This document shows, piece by piece, positions 1 through 12,902 of a stretch of 64,000 nucleotides of DNA. Location: contig CAXXWC010000010.1 of assembly GCA_963668645.2 (NCBI GenBank), positions 64,001 through 128,000 on the forward strand, in the 5' to 3' direction. Numbering within the stretch: the first letter of the stretch is position 1; every line of letters starts with the position of its first letter. The notes below the pieces were generated by a model. It was given only the letters and a program-made list of their open reading frames with translations. It made no database searches and was not told where the DNA came from. A program made the position numbers and the translations under genes. Source of the DNA: Desulfobacterales bacterium. Lineage in GTDB: Bacteria > Desulfobacterota > Desulfobacteria > Desulfobacterales > UBA2174.

Positions 1-221
1 GAACCGTATTCGTTGGCAAGGATGCCGAGATAAATGGCGGACGCCGAAATTTCATCGAGGTAGGTCTCGTCAGCCCGTCTGTCAGCAGCAGGCAAATCTT
101 CAAACAAGAAAACATCGAAATACTGGCTGAAGAGAGCATCATCGCGAATGAAGTCGCGAATCGCCCGCCGCTCACTCGCGAGTTCTTTTTGGACGCTACT
201 AATGAAGATCTGCTGTTTCAT
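1..221 (-). CDS. DUF4062-domain protein, N-terminal part (runs off the left edge; absent from the ORF track)
   Basis: Manual translation from ATG at 221: MKQQIFISSVQKELASERRAIRDFIRDD...VFLFEDLPAADRRADETYLDEISASAIYLGILANEYG. The IFISS...E.R...FE...YLG...YG pattern fits DUF4062. ATGA overlap with the upstream stop. Confidence 0.8.
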   Translation of the reverse strand, partial: MKQQIFISSVQKELASERRAIRDFIRDDALFSQYFDVFLFEDLPAADRRADETYLDEISASAIYLGILANEYG

Positions 222-430
222 GCACCGACTCCGAGTTGCTTGAGGATTTTGTTGAGAGCCTTGTCGGTCTCTTTCGCCTCGGTCTCGATGGCTTCCAGTT
301 CCAACACGATCTCCGCAATCAGCCGGTAGGTTTTAGCGTCGCCGGTTTGGATATATCGGATGGGAGGGATGTTGTAGTCGTTTTCCGCAAGCTCTGCGTG
401 ATCGACGATGCGGCTGAATTTTTCAGTCTC
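218..430 (-). pseudogene. hsdM: C-terminal remnant of type I restriction-modification methyltransferase (HsdM)
   Basis: Start-less frame ETEKFSRIVDHAELAENDYNIPPIRYIQTGDAKTYRLIAEIVLELEAIETEAKETDKALNKILKQLGVGA*. Resembles the HsdM C-terminus (S...E...NDYNI.P.RY plus terminal helix). Confidence 0.7.
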
Positions 431-452
431 GGATCAGATCATCCGGCCGCAT
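423..452 (-). pseudogene. Truncated N-terminus of HEPN/DUF86 (HepT-like) toxin
   Basis: ATG at 452 overlaps the end of the MNT gene and reads MRPDDLIRD*. This resembles the usual start of DUF86 partners and is cut at the junction with the hsdM remnant. Confidence 0.5.
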
Positions 453-744
453 ACTGTACCTCCGCTTCAGCCATCACCTGTTGGCGAAAATACCGGCTGA
501 GGTCCTCCGGCGTACGCAGGTCGACCTTGCGGCCGCCCATGAGTGCAGACAGTTCCATTTCCATGCGGGCAATGCCGAACAGGCCTGGAATGCGTTCCTT
601 CTCAAACTCGACCAGCACATCGATATCGCTGTCGGCTCCAAAGTCACCGCGCAGAGCCGAACCGAATATCGCCAGTCGCCGAATGCCGCGTGTCTCGCAG
701 AAATCGGATAGCCTATTCTTATCGATTTTGATTTCGGCTCTCAT
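439..744 (-). CDS. Minimal nucleotidyltransferase (MNT/MntA-type antitoxin)
   Basis: 101 aa with [21 protein letters not shown] (GSx10DxD) and GRKVDL motifs; GGAGG RBS. Confidence 0.9.
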   Translation of the reverse strand: MRAEIKIDKNRLSDFCETRGIRRLAIFGSALRGDFGADSDIDVLVEFEKERIPGLFGIARMEMELSALMGGRKVDLRTPEDLSRYFRQQVMAEAEVQYAAG

Positions 745-860
745 GCCTCCTGCTCCATCACTTCCAAACTCTCGATGTCCCGGTCGTCTACGATCCTGGC
801 GGCGATGCGGCGCTTTTCACCGTGCGCAAAGGGAAGCGAAACGATGCGGTGGCCCCGGTT
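741..860 (-). pseudogene. C-terminal remnant of type III R-M Mod-like DNA methyltransferase
   Basis: Frame ending in an ATGA overlap with MNT reads ...[34 protein letters not shown], resembling the VSLPF..G...RIAVKIVDDRGIESL end of Mod-type methyltransferases. The upstream part is replaced by IS DNA; the 5' limit is approximate. Confidence 0.6.
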
Positions 861-1015
861 TGGTGAAATGAAAGTTGAAGGCGAACCGCTTAACCATGGG
901 AAAAAGCCACCTTGAAAGACATTGTAACGAAAAAGCTCGGCAATGTCATCCAGTGTCCTTCTAACGGATCTTCCCTCTTCGCAGCTTCTTCTTAGCCCAT
1001 CTCAACTAATTGCAA

Positions 1016-1602
1016 TTAAATGCGTTTTCTTTCAGAAACGAGCTTTTTCTTCGTGTCTACCACCACCTTGGACTTGGGCAGGGCTGCTGGCAAATTCACC
1101 TTCACCGCGCCCAATAACTCCCTGGCCAGCGGCGACGGCTCCGGTATGCGCAACAACGTCTCCGTACCACTCAGCGACAGCTCCATGGCACTGATCCGAT
1201 CCAGTTCGGCCAGCCCCTCTTCCACAGTCAGGTCAATTTCCCTCCAGGCCTGCTTGAGTTGCCGAACCAGAATGTAGGCCAGCATCACCACCAGCACATG
1301 GCCCCGCGTGTTGGCCTCGGTGCGCACGAACACCGGCCGTACCTCCAGGTGACTCGTCTTGCACGTGCGAAACGCACTTTCCACCATGGCAAGATCTTTG
1401 TACCGATCGTGAATCGCCCGGCTGTCGGCCACCACCGCCGGCACATTACTCTTGAGCGCATAGCAACCGTCCAGTTCGCTGATCTGGGCCATGTAATCGC
1501 TATCCACGTTGACCTGGATGCGCCGGTCGATAGCCGTCACGGTCACAAATGCACTCAAACCCAGTCTGCTTTCTTTGTCCGACACCTTCTTCCAGGCGAC
1601 AA
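1016..1602 (-). mobile_element. IS1634-family transposase, C-terminal fragment
   Basis: LDGCYALKSN...YKDLAMVESAFRTCKTSHLEVRPVFVRTEANTRGHVLVVMLAY is the IS1634 DDE C-terminal signature. The 5' part is cut off at the IS3 left end. Confidence 0.85.
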
Positions 1603-1935
1603 TGATGTGGTTTAATTCAAACGGACACCCTGCTAAAAGTCAGTCAACAGAAAGCGAGGTGTTCGATGAGCGAGGGCGCAAAGAGGCAGCAGTTCACCAA
1701 AGAATTCAAAGATGACGCGGTCCGGCTGGTTCTGGAGCAGGGTACAACTGTAGGGAGGCAGATTTTCCAGGCCTCCAAGCAGACCTATGGCTCTCCTCGG
1801 GTGGTCAGGGAGCTGGAAAAGGCCGGCTACAATGTCGGCCGCTATCAGGTCCGTAGCCTGATTCGCAGGTTGGGTCTCAGGGCCAAGACGCCCAGACGCT
1901 ACAAAGTGACCACCGACAGCAACCACAAGAATCCT
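1603..1935 (+). mobile_element. IS3-family remnant (left IR, internally deleted orfA/orfB fusion)
   Basis: TGATGTGGTTTAATTCAAACGGACACC at 1603 fits an IS3 IRL (TG...GGACAC). The ORF from 1666 has the OrfA start (FTKEFKDDAVRLV) joined in frame to an OrfB segment (TYGSPRV...KVTTDSNH). No DDE domain or right IR seen. Confidence 0.8.
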
Positions 1936-2034
1936 GGTGTATTGCCGCTGACGCGGATATGCTGCTGCTCGCGCTTTCGCAAGTGGCGCGTTTTTTTCTT
2001 GCAAACCCATTAAATGAGAACAAAGGAACCGATC

Positions 2035-2319
2035 ATGGACGAATGCCAGCAGGCAGGACCATCGATAGTCGAAATCAAGGTCGTAAAATCAAGCTGCCAT
2101 CTGATGGCCGAAGGCAGTCGGCTGATTCTCGAAGGGCCGTGCATCAGTTATGAAAAATCCGGGCCAGTGTGCGTGACGGCACTAAACGCCATCTACCCGT
2201 GGGTGATGCTTACCCGCTTTGCGGTAAAAACCCCCGCGCTCGACTACGACAACGAAAACCAGTGCTATCACGCGACGTGCCCGTGCGGGACGGTTTCCTA
2301 CGACATCCGCAAGCTCTAG
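2035..2319 (+). CDS. Small Cys-containing protein, TIGR04076-like
   Basis: IKVVKSSC...VCVTALNAIYPWV...CPCGTVSYDIRKL; AAGGA RBS before ATG 2035. Confidence 0.55.
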   Translation: MDECQQAGPSIVEIKVVKSSCHLMAEGSRLILEGPCISYEKSGPVCVTALNAIYPWVMLTRFAVKTPALDYDNENQCYHATCPCGTVSYDIRKL

Positions 2320-2621
2320 CGCGATACGAGGTTTGATCGATACGCCGCTGCGGCTAAAAGTACAAAGCCGGTTTTCCCCCGGCCGCGTTTGGCCGCGGCG
2401 GTGCATTTACACCCTTGTCTGGGCACGCGCGCGCCGGCGGCTTTTCAAAATCGGGCGGTAAAAACTTTTTCTAAGCCCCGGTTGCAATCTCGAAAGACAT
2501 TCTGGCCCAAAGTAGGGATTTCAACTTTGCATTAAAGGAAGGTCTCCGCGGCGCCATTGCGATCGCAGACCGACCCGATATTTGGACTGGCGATTTTAGG
2601 CTTACCGTGTAAAATCCCCCC

Positions 2622-3236
2622 ATGACGCGTTATCTGACCCTCGCCCTCGTCTGGGCCATCTGGTGCGCCCTGCACAGCCTTCTGATCAGCCCGCCCATCA
2701 ACGGCCTGATCGCACGGCGCCTGCCCGGGCTGGTACGCTGCTATCGCCTGTTTTACAATGCGTTTGCCGTGGCGACCCTCATCGGCGTGGTGGGCTACAG
2801 CACCACCTTCCAGGGGCCGGTCCTCTTCGGCTGGAGCGGGTGGCTGCGCATCGTTCAGACCGCCATGCTGGCCGCCGCCATCGGGCTCTTTGCCGCCGGG
2901 GCCCGGCGCTACGACCTGCGCCAGTTTCTCGGGCTGCGCCAGGCGCACAATGAAAACACTTGCAGCGTCCTCACCGAGGACTGCCATCTGGACACCAGCG
3001 GGGTCCTCGGCCTGGTGCGCCATCCATGGTACACGGGCGGGATTCTGCTGATCTGGGCACGCCAGCTCGATGCGGCGGCGGTGGTGATCAATCTGGTGCT
3101 CACCGTATATCTCATCGTGGGGGCCATGATCGAAGAAGAAAAATTGCAGGCCCAGTTCGGCGCCGAATATGATGCCTATCGCCGGCGCGTGCCGATGCTC
3201 GTGCCGTTCCGCTGGACTCGGCGCGGTGGGCACTGA
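2622..3236 (+). CDS. Isoprenylcysteine carboxyl methyltransferase/NnrU-family membrane methyltransferase
   Basis: HSLL, YRLFYN, FLGL, VRHPWY and EEEKL...FGAEY..YRRRVPML motifs; several hydrophobic segments. Confidence 0.75.
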   Translation: MTRYLTLALVWAIWCALHSLLISPPINGLIARRLPGLVRCYRLFYNAFAVATLIGVVGYSTTFQGPVLFGWSGWLRIVQTAMLAAAIGLFAAGARRYDLRQFLGLRQAHNENTCSVLTEDCHLDTSGVLGLVRHPWYTGGILLIWARQLDAAAVVINLVLTVYLIVGAMIEEEKLQAQFGAEYDAYRRRVPMLVPFRWTRRGGH

Positions 3237-3302
3237 TGGGCGACAATCGGTTTTGACCACAAAACGCTTTTAAAATTTTCAAAATCGCCCTCAAACGATC
3301 CC

Positions 3303-6300
3303 ATGATGCAGGTCTACCACAGCAACCGTGCCGAACAGCTGGTCCAGCGCCTGGCGCAGATCGTCACCCAACCGCCGGCCGATCCCCTGGCCCCAGAAAC
3401 GGTGGTGGTCCAGAACCCGGGCATGGCCCGCTGGCTGGCCCAGCAACTGGCCCTGCAGACCGGCATCGCCGCCAACCTGGAGTTTCCCCTGCCGGCCAGC
3501 TTTGCCTGGCGCATCCAGGCAGCCTGGATGCAGACCGTGCCCGAAGAAAGCGGCTATGACCGCCAGCAGCTCCAATGGCGGGTGCTGGCCCTTTTGCCGC
3601 GATTTTTGCCCCAGCCCGCCTTTGCCCCCCTCCACCGCTACCTCAAAGACGATGAATCCGACCTCAAGGCCTATCAACTGGCCGGGCGCATCGCCGACGT
3701 CTTTGATCAGTACCTCGTCTACCGGCCCGACATGGTGCTTGGCTGGGAGGCGGGCCGCGAGGACGACTGGCAGGCCGAGCTGTGGCGGGCCGTGGCGGCA
3801 GGCACCGGCGGGATGCACCGGGCCGGAATCTTCGCCGAATTCCGGGCCGCCGTCGGCCGGGGTGAAGGCCCCCGCACGGCCCTGCCGGAAAGGGTCAGCC
3901 TCTTTGGCCTCACCGCCCTGGCTCCGGTCCACCTGCACGCCTTTACGGCCCTTGCCCGGCATGCCGCGGTGCATGTCTTTTTGCTCAACCCCAGTGCGGA
4001 GTACTGGACCGACATCGTGGACGAGCGCGGCCAGGCCAGGCGCCGCGCCCGCTGGCGGCAAAGCGGCGGCCAGGATCTAAGCGGCCTGCTCGACGTGGGC
4101 AATCCCCTGCTGGCCTCCATGGGCCACACCGGCCAGGGCTTTCTCGACCAGCTTCTCGATCTCGGGGCTTCGGACCAGGATCTTTTTGAAGATCCCGGCG
4201 AGACCACCCTGCTGGCCTCCCTGCAACACGACATCCTGCACCTCAACGACCGGCGCCAGAACCCCACCCATCTGCCCGCCGGGGATCGGTCGGTGCAGGT
4301 GCACGCCTGCCACACCCCCATGCGCGAGGTGCAGGTGCTACGCGACCGGCTGCTGGCCTTTTTCGAACACCTGCCGGACCTGCGGCCCCGGGAAATCGTG
4401 GTCATGGCCCCGGACATCGACATCTACGCCCCCCATCTGGAGGCGGTCTTCGAGGACGCTTCCCAGGAACAGTACATTCCCTGGACCGTAGCCGACCGCC
4501 GCCTGCCTGCCGAACAGCCGGTGATCGAAACCCTCCTCGGGCTTCTCGACCTGCCGGCCTGGCGTCTGACCGCTTCCGAGGTTCTGGGGCTGCTGGAAGT
4601 GCCGGCGGTCTCGCGCCGCTTCGGTTTTAACGAGGAATCCCTCTCCCGGGTCCGCGCCTGGGTCGAGGACTGCGGCATCCGCTGGGGCGCCGACGCCGCC
4701 ATGCGGGCCGCCGACGACCTGCCCGCCGAGGCGGCCAACACCTGGGAGGCGGGACTGGCTCGGCTCTTTCTCGGCTACGCCATGCCGCCCGAAGAGGTCT
4801 TTTTTTCCGGCACCCTGAGCCACCCGGACGTGGAAGGGGCCGCAGCCGCCGACCTGGGCGCCCTCCAGACCCTGGTGGACCGCCTGGCCCATTGGCGGGC
4901 GGCCCTTTGCCGGCCGGCAGGGGCCGGGAACTGGCTGGAACGGGTCAACCGTCTGGTGGACGATTTACTGGCACCGGACGACGACGAGGCCGAAGCGATC
5001 CAGGCCGTGCGCCGGGTCCTGGGCGACCTGGGCCGGGAAGCTTCGGCGGCAGGCCTGGACACTCCCTTGCAGACCCGGGTGGTCCGGGCCCATCTCGAAG
5101 CATGCCTTTCCAGTGCCGGCGGCGCGCGCCGCTTCCTGCTGGGCGGGGTGACCTTTTGCAATATGGTGCCCATGCGCGCCATCCCTTTCCGGGTGGTCTG
5201 CCTGCTGGGGCTCAACGACATCGATTTTCCCCGGCGCCAGCATCCGCCCGGCTTCGACCGCATCGCCGCCGATCCGCGCCCCGGGGACCGGTCCCGGCGC
5301 CTGGACGACCGCTACCTCTTTCTCGAAGCCCTCCTTTCGGCCAGGGACGTCTTTTACCTGAGCTACCTGGGAAGCGATGTGCGCGACAATTCCCCCCGGG
5401 TCCCGTCGGTGGTGGTGAGCGAACTTTTGGACTACCTCGACCAAGGCTGGACCACCGGGGAAGAAAAGGCGCCCTCGACCCGCCTGGTCTGCCGCCATCC
5501 GCTCCAGCCCTTCAGCCTGCGCCTTTTCGACGGGCGGGACCCGGCCCTTTTTTCCTACGACCGGCGCTGGCTGGAGGCCGCCGCGGGGCCGGAGCCGGAA
5601 GCGGCAATTTCCCCCTTTATGGACGGCGACCTTCCGCCACCGGAAGAAGATGCGCGCACCGTGGCCCTGGACGAGCTGGTTGGCTTTTTCCTCAACCCTG
5701 CGGCCCGGTTCCTGGAGCGACGCCTGGGCATCCGCCTGGAAGCGGGCGAAGGGCCGCCGGCCGACGAGGAGCCCTTCGATCTGGCGGGCCTGGAGCGCTA
5801 CCTGGCCCGGGACGAACTGGTGCCCGCCTTGATCGTGGGCCAAGATGTCGAAATCGTCGAAGCACGGATCCGGGCCAGGGGCCGGCTGCCCCACGGCCGG
5901 CTCGGGGCCGCGGCCTGGACCGAAGCCCTGGAGGGGATGGATCAAATCGCCGAAACAGCGCGCAAGGCCAGGGGCACAAAGATTTCCCCGCTGGAAATCG
6001 ACCTCACCCTGGGCCGCTTCACCCTGCGCGGCTGGCTGAAGGATCTTACCGACCGCGGCCGCCTGGCCGTGCGCCCGGCCACTGTCAAGGCCAAGGACCG
6101 GCTGCGCCTGTGGATTTTGCACCTGGTTCTGTGCGCGGCGGCGCCGACCCTTGAAGCCGCCCAGAGTCTTCATATCGGCCTCGAAGAGGTGGTACGTTTC
6201 GGCCACCAGCCCGAGGCGGCCCGGCTGCTGAAAGCCCTGCTCGAACGCTGGTGGCAGGGCCAGTCCTCGCCGCTTTCATTTTTCCCGGAAACCTCCTGGA

Positions 6301-6517
6301 CCTACGCCGCCACCCTGGCCCGTACCGGCAACGAGGATGAGGCTTTCAAAGCGTGCCAGCGGGCCTGGCAGGACGATTACCGGGGCATAGGGGACGCCTT
6401 TGATTCGGCGGTCCAACTCGCCTGGCGCGGCCGCGATCCCCTGGGGCCGGCATTCATGGAGATCGCGGTCGAGATCTTCGGGCCCCTGATCGATGCCACC
6501 GAAGCCGAGGCCGCCCC

Positions 6518-6521
<4 letters not shown>
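3303..6521 (+). CDS. recC: Exodeoxyribonuclease V gamma subunit
   Basis: 1072 aa; YHSNR, VVQNPGMARWL, FDQYLVYRP, GNPLLASMG, CHTPMREVQVL, PMRAIPFRVVCLLG and HPLQPFS motifs. Confidence 0.97.
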
Positions 6522-10099
<3,578 letters not shown>

Positions 10100-10151
10100 A
10101 GCCAGGAAGAGCAGATCTCCTCTGCCATCCTAACCTCCACTCTCTCTCCTC

Positions 10152-10207
10152 GGGCGTTCCGGCCGACTCGCAATCCCGGATGATTAAAATCCGTGGCCGG
10201 AACGCCC
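10152..10207. terminator. Perfect 13-bp inverted repeat between convergent genes
   Basis: GGGCGTTCCGGCC (10152-10164) and GGCCGGAACGCCC (10195-10207); no U-tract. Confidence 0.45.
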
Positions 10208-10265
10208 TACCCTCCCCCAACAGATGAGATCCGGTAATTTGAGAACGGATTCAAGACGGCAAAGG

Positions 10266-11237
10266 TCAAGGCAGGCTCGGCACACTGCCGTCGATGCGCA
10301 GCAACCGCCGGGCCAGTCCCAGGGGTGGGTTTCCAGCCGCGACCAGGCGCAGCCGCAGCCGCGGTTCGAGCACCGCATGGGCCAAAGTCTCTGTTTTGAG
10401 AAGCTGGACCACGCTCACCTGGGTGTTTTCCATGCGCGCCCCGCTCAGTGAAGCCCCGTCAAGACGAGCGTCCTCCAGGCGGGCGTCCTCCAGGCCGCAG
10501 CCGTCCAGCCGTGCCCCGCGCAGATCCGCCTCGCGCAGATCCGCCCGGCGAAGATCCGCCTGACGAAGATCGGCGCCGCGCAGATCGGCACGATAGAAAA
10601 AGATTTCACGCAGATCGGCGCCGGCCAGCTTGACGTTGCGCAGGTCGGCGCCGCTCAATCCGACCCCCTGAAGATTGGCTCCTTCCAGGTGCGCCTGACT
10701 CAAGTCGGCGCCGTGAAGCCGGATCCCGCGCAGGTCCGCGCCTTCCAGAAGGCCGCCGCTTAAGTCCACCACCGTCTCGCCGCTGTGGTTCAGGGCACGG
10801 ATGGCGGCCTGGATCGTGGCGGCCGCCGATGGATGGGCCGCGGCTTTGAGCTTTTGGATAAATCCCCGGTAAACTTCCAACTGTGCTTTTTGGCGGCGGT
10901 GGCGCTGGCAGGTGAGGATCAGACTGACACCGATCATCTCCAACAGGACGATCAGCAAAAACCGGGCTGCCCAACGGCCGGTCTGGATTTGCGCCAGGTC
11001 GCTCCAGCCGGTTGCGGTCGCCCCGGCCAGCGCCACCATTATGCCGCACAGGAGGGCCAGAAGGAAACGGGGTCGAGTGTTAATGCCGTACCAGAGCCAT
11101 CCCCAGAACCGTCCCGCGGTGACCCGGTGAACGCACCAGAGCAGGACCGCGATCAAAACCATTGCGATGAATGCCACGGCGGCGGGATTTTGGATCTGGA
11201 TCATGGCGGTTTGCTTTGCTTCGGTATCTGAATTCAC
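10266..11237 (-). CDS. Membrane-anchored pentapeptide-repeat protein (ATG 11204 is an alternative start)
   Basis: Three hydrophobic N-terminal segments, then many A(D/N)Lxx repeats (GADLRGIRLHGADLSQAHLEGANL...). Confidence 0.85.
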   Translation of the reverse strand: MNSDTEAKQTAMIQIQNPAAVAFIAMVLIAVLLWCVHRVTAGRFWGWLWYGINTRPRFLLALLCGIMVALAGATATGWSDLAQIQTGRWAARFLLIVLLEMIGVSLILTCQRHRRQKAQLEVYRGFIQKLKAAAHPSAAATIQAAIRALNHSGETVVDLSGGLLEGADLRGIRLHGADLSQAHLEGANLQGVGLSGADLRNVKLAGADLREIFFYRADLRGADLRQADLRRADLREADLRGARLDGCGLEDARLEDARLDGASLSGARMENTQVSVVQLLKTETLAHAVLEPRLRLRLVAAGNPPLGLARRLLRIDGSVPSLP

Positions 11238-11240
11238 ACT

Positions 11241-11270
11241 GCGGGCGCACCCTTAAGAAAGTGCGCCCGC
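11241..11270 (-). terminator. Hairpin downstream of the MFS gene
   Basis: GCGGGCGCAC-N10-GTGCGCCCGC, perfect 10-bp stem 25 bp after the MFS stop. Confidence 0.5.
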
Positions 11271-11295
11271 TTCCGGTGTCTGTTGCCGCTCGGGA

Positions 11296-12594
11296 TCAGG
11301 GGCCGATGTGCAGGCGGTAGCCCGAATAGGCCAAACCCGGCACCAGATCGGTGGCCTCAGTCGGCATTTCAGGCGCCTTGGTCCGCACCGCCATGATGGC
11401 GCTGGCGACCAGCAGCCCTGCGGCCAGGATGTAGGCGTAATGGGAAGAACCGGTGTAGGCCACGATCATCTGGGAAATGCGCGGCAGGATGAATCCGGCC
11501 GCTCCCCAGGCGCTGAAAATCAACCCGTAGTTGGCCCCGAAGTTGGAAAGTCCGTAATAGTCCTTGGTGGCCGAAGGAAAGAGGGACAGGTTGGTGCCGT
11601 AGTTGAATCCGATCAGAGCCGCGGCCAACACCAAAAGCACGGCCTGGGTCTGGTCGATGAACAGCAGGGAAAGGATGACCAGGGCCTGAAAGCTCATGGT
11701 GAGCATCAGGGTGCGGGTGCGGCCGATGCGATCGGAGATGATTCCGGCGATGATCCTTCCCCCGGCGTTGCCGACGGCCATCAGGGCCACCACCACCCAG
11801 GCCAGTTGGCCCATGCTCTGGCGGGCCATTCCGGCCACCGACCCGATGATGATCAGCCCGGCCCCGGATCCGGCAAAGAACATGAACCAGAGCTTGTAGA
11901 AGGAAAGGGTGCGCATCATCTCAAAGGGGGCGAACTCCTGGACCGCCACCGCGTTGACCACGGGCCGGCCTTTGGCGCCCGCCGCCTGGGGCGGCACGTA
12001 GCCTTTGGGCGGATTGACCAGCATCATCGCCAGAACGCAGACCACCACGGTGAAAGAAAGGCCGAAGATCATCATGGCCTGGCTCAGGCCGAAACGGGCG
12101 ATGAGAAAGTTGGCCGTAGGCGCGATATAGACCGAGGCCAGCCCGAACCCGGCCACCACGATACCGGCGATCAGGCCGGTGCGTGCGGCCGGAAACCACT
12201 TGATGGCCGGAGGGGTCGCCGAGGCGTAGCCGAAACCGAGGCCGGCACCGGTGAGCACCCCGAATCCCACGATCCAACTCAGGAGGCTGGCCGAAAAACT
12301 GCTGAGCAAAAGGCCCGCGCCGGTGAGCAAGCCGCCGATGATGGCCGTGATGCGCGGGGTGAGCCGGTCCTGCAAGCGGCCGGCGATGATCATGGTAAAG
12401 GCGAAGACCAGGCAGCAAACGGCGTACGGGTCGTTGAGGGCGGCCATATCCCAGTTGAACCGCCCGTCGCCCCGCTGGATGGATTCCTTGATGGCCAGCT
12501 TGAAGATGCTCCACGTGTAGAGGATTCCCAGCGCCAGGTTGATGCCCAGTCCGGCCAAAGTGACTTGCCATCCCCTGTTCCTGATCTTTTCCAT
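11296..12594 (-). CDS. OFA-family (oxalate:formate antiporter-like) MFS transporter
   Basis: INLALGILYTWS, GRLQDR, GAGLGFGYASATPPAIKWFP, GIISDRIGR, GFNYGTNLSLFP...G.NYG; about 12 hydrophobic segments. Confidence 0.9.
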   Translation of the reverse strand: MEKIRNRGWQVTLAGLGINLALGILYTWSIFKLAIKESIQRGDGRFNWDMAALNDPYAVCCLVFAFTMIIAGRLQDRLTPRITAIIGGLLTGAGLLLSSFSASLLSWIVGFGVLTGAGLGFGYASATPPAIKWFPAARTGLIAGIVVAGFGLASVYIAPTANFLIARFGLSQAMMIFGLSFTVVVCVLAMMLVNPPKGYVPPQAAGAKGRPVVNAVAVQEFAPFEMMRTLSFYKLWFMFFAGSGAGLIIIGSVAGMARQSMGQLAWVVVALMAVGNAGGRIIAGIISDRIGRTRTLMLTMSFQALVILSLLFIDQTQAVLLVLAAALIGFNYGTNLSLFPSATKDYYGLSNFGANYGLIFSAWGAAGFILPRISQMIVAYTGSSHYAYILAAGLLVASAIMAVRTKAPEMPTEATDLVPGLAYSGYRLHIGP

Positions 12595-12682
12595 TCTGTT
12601 CTCCTTCCCCCTCTGCCAGATGAATGAATTACAAGCGTTGTACGCCAGACAAATTTTGAAGTTTGTTCATATCGCCAAAGAT

Positions 12683-12698
12683 AGCATTTCGCGTGCCA
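12683..12698 (-). promoter_or_regulatory. Sigma54 -24/-12 promoter of the MFS gene
   Basis: Minus strand TGGCACGCGAAATGCT (GG-N10-GC), about 90 bp upstream of the ATG. Confidence 0.8.
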
Positions 12699-12779
12699 GA
12701 GAGCTGAAAACAGATTCAAGGACCTGAAATAGTTTACATAAAGATGGCTTTGAGGAGAGATGCGGACCGGCTGAAAAGA

Positions 12780-12881
12780 TCAACCAGGATTGTACCTGCC
12801 CGACCGAAAAAAAGACAACCGGCTGAATTCATGTCACTTACAGGCAGTTACAACTTTTGTTGTGAATACAATCCAGGTTGT
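12780..12881. promoter_or_regulatory. Three ACAAC-N4-GTTGT-like palindromes, candidate enhancer (UAS) sites
   Basis: TCAAC-CAGG-ATTGT (12780), ACAAC-TTTT-GTTGT (12850), ACAAT-CCAG-GTTGT (12868), 80-185 bp upstream of the sigma54 promoter. Confidence 0.6.
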
Positions 12882-12902
12882 TGTCTCGGGGCGAGGGGCG
12901 AC

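Noticed and set aside
10430..10760. Tandem 15-bp DNA periodicity resembling a repeat array or CRISPR
   Set aside because: It is the coding pattern of pentapeptide repeats; there are no identical repeats with unique spacers and no cas genes.
12630..12650. Second sigma54 promoter (TGGCGTACAACGCTTG, minus strand)
   Set aside because: No GC at the required GG-N10-GC spacing.
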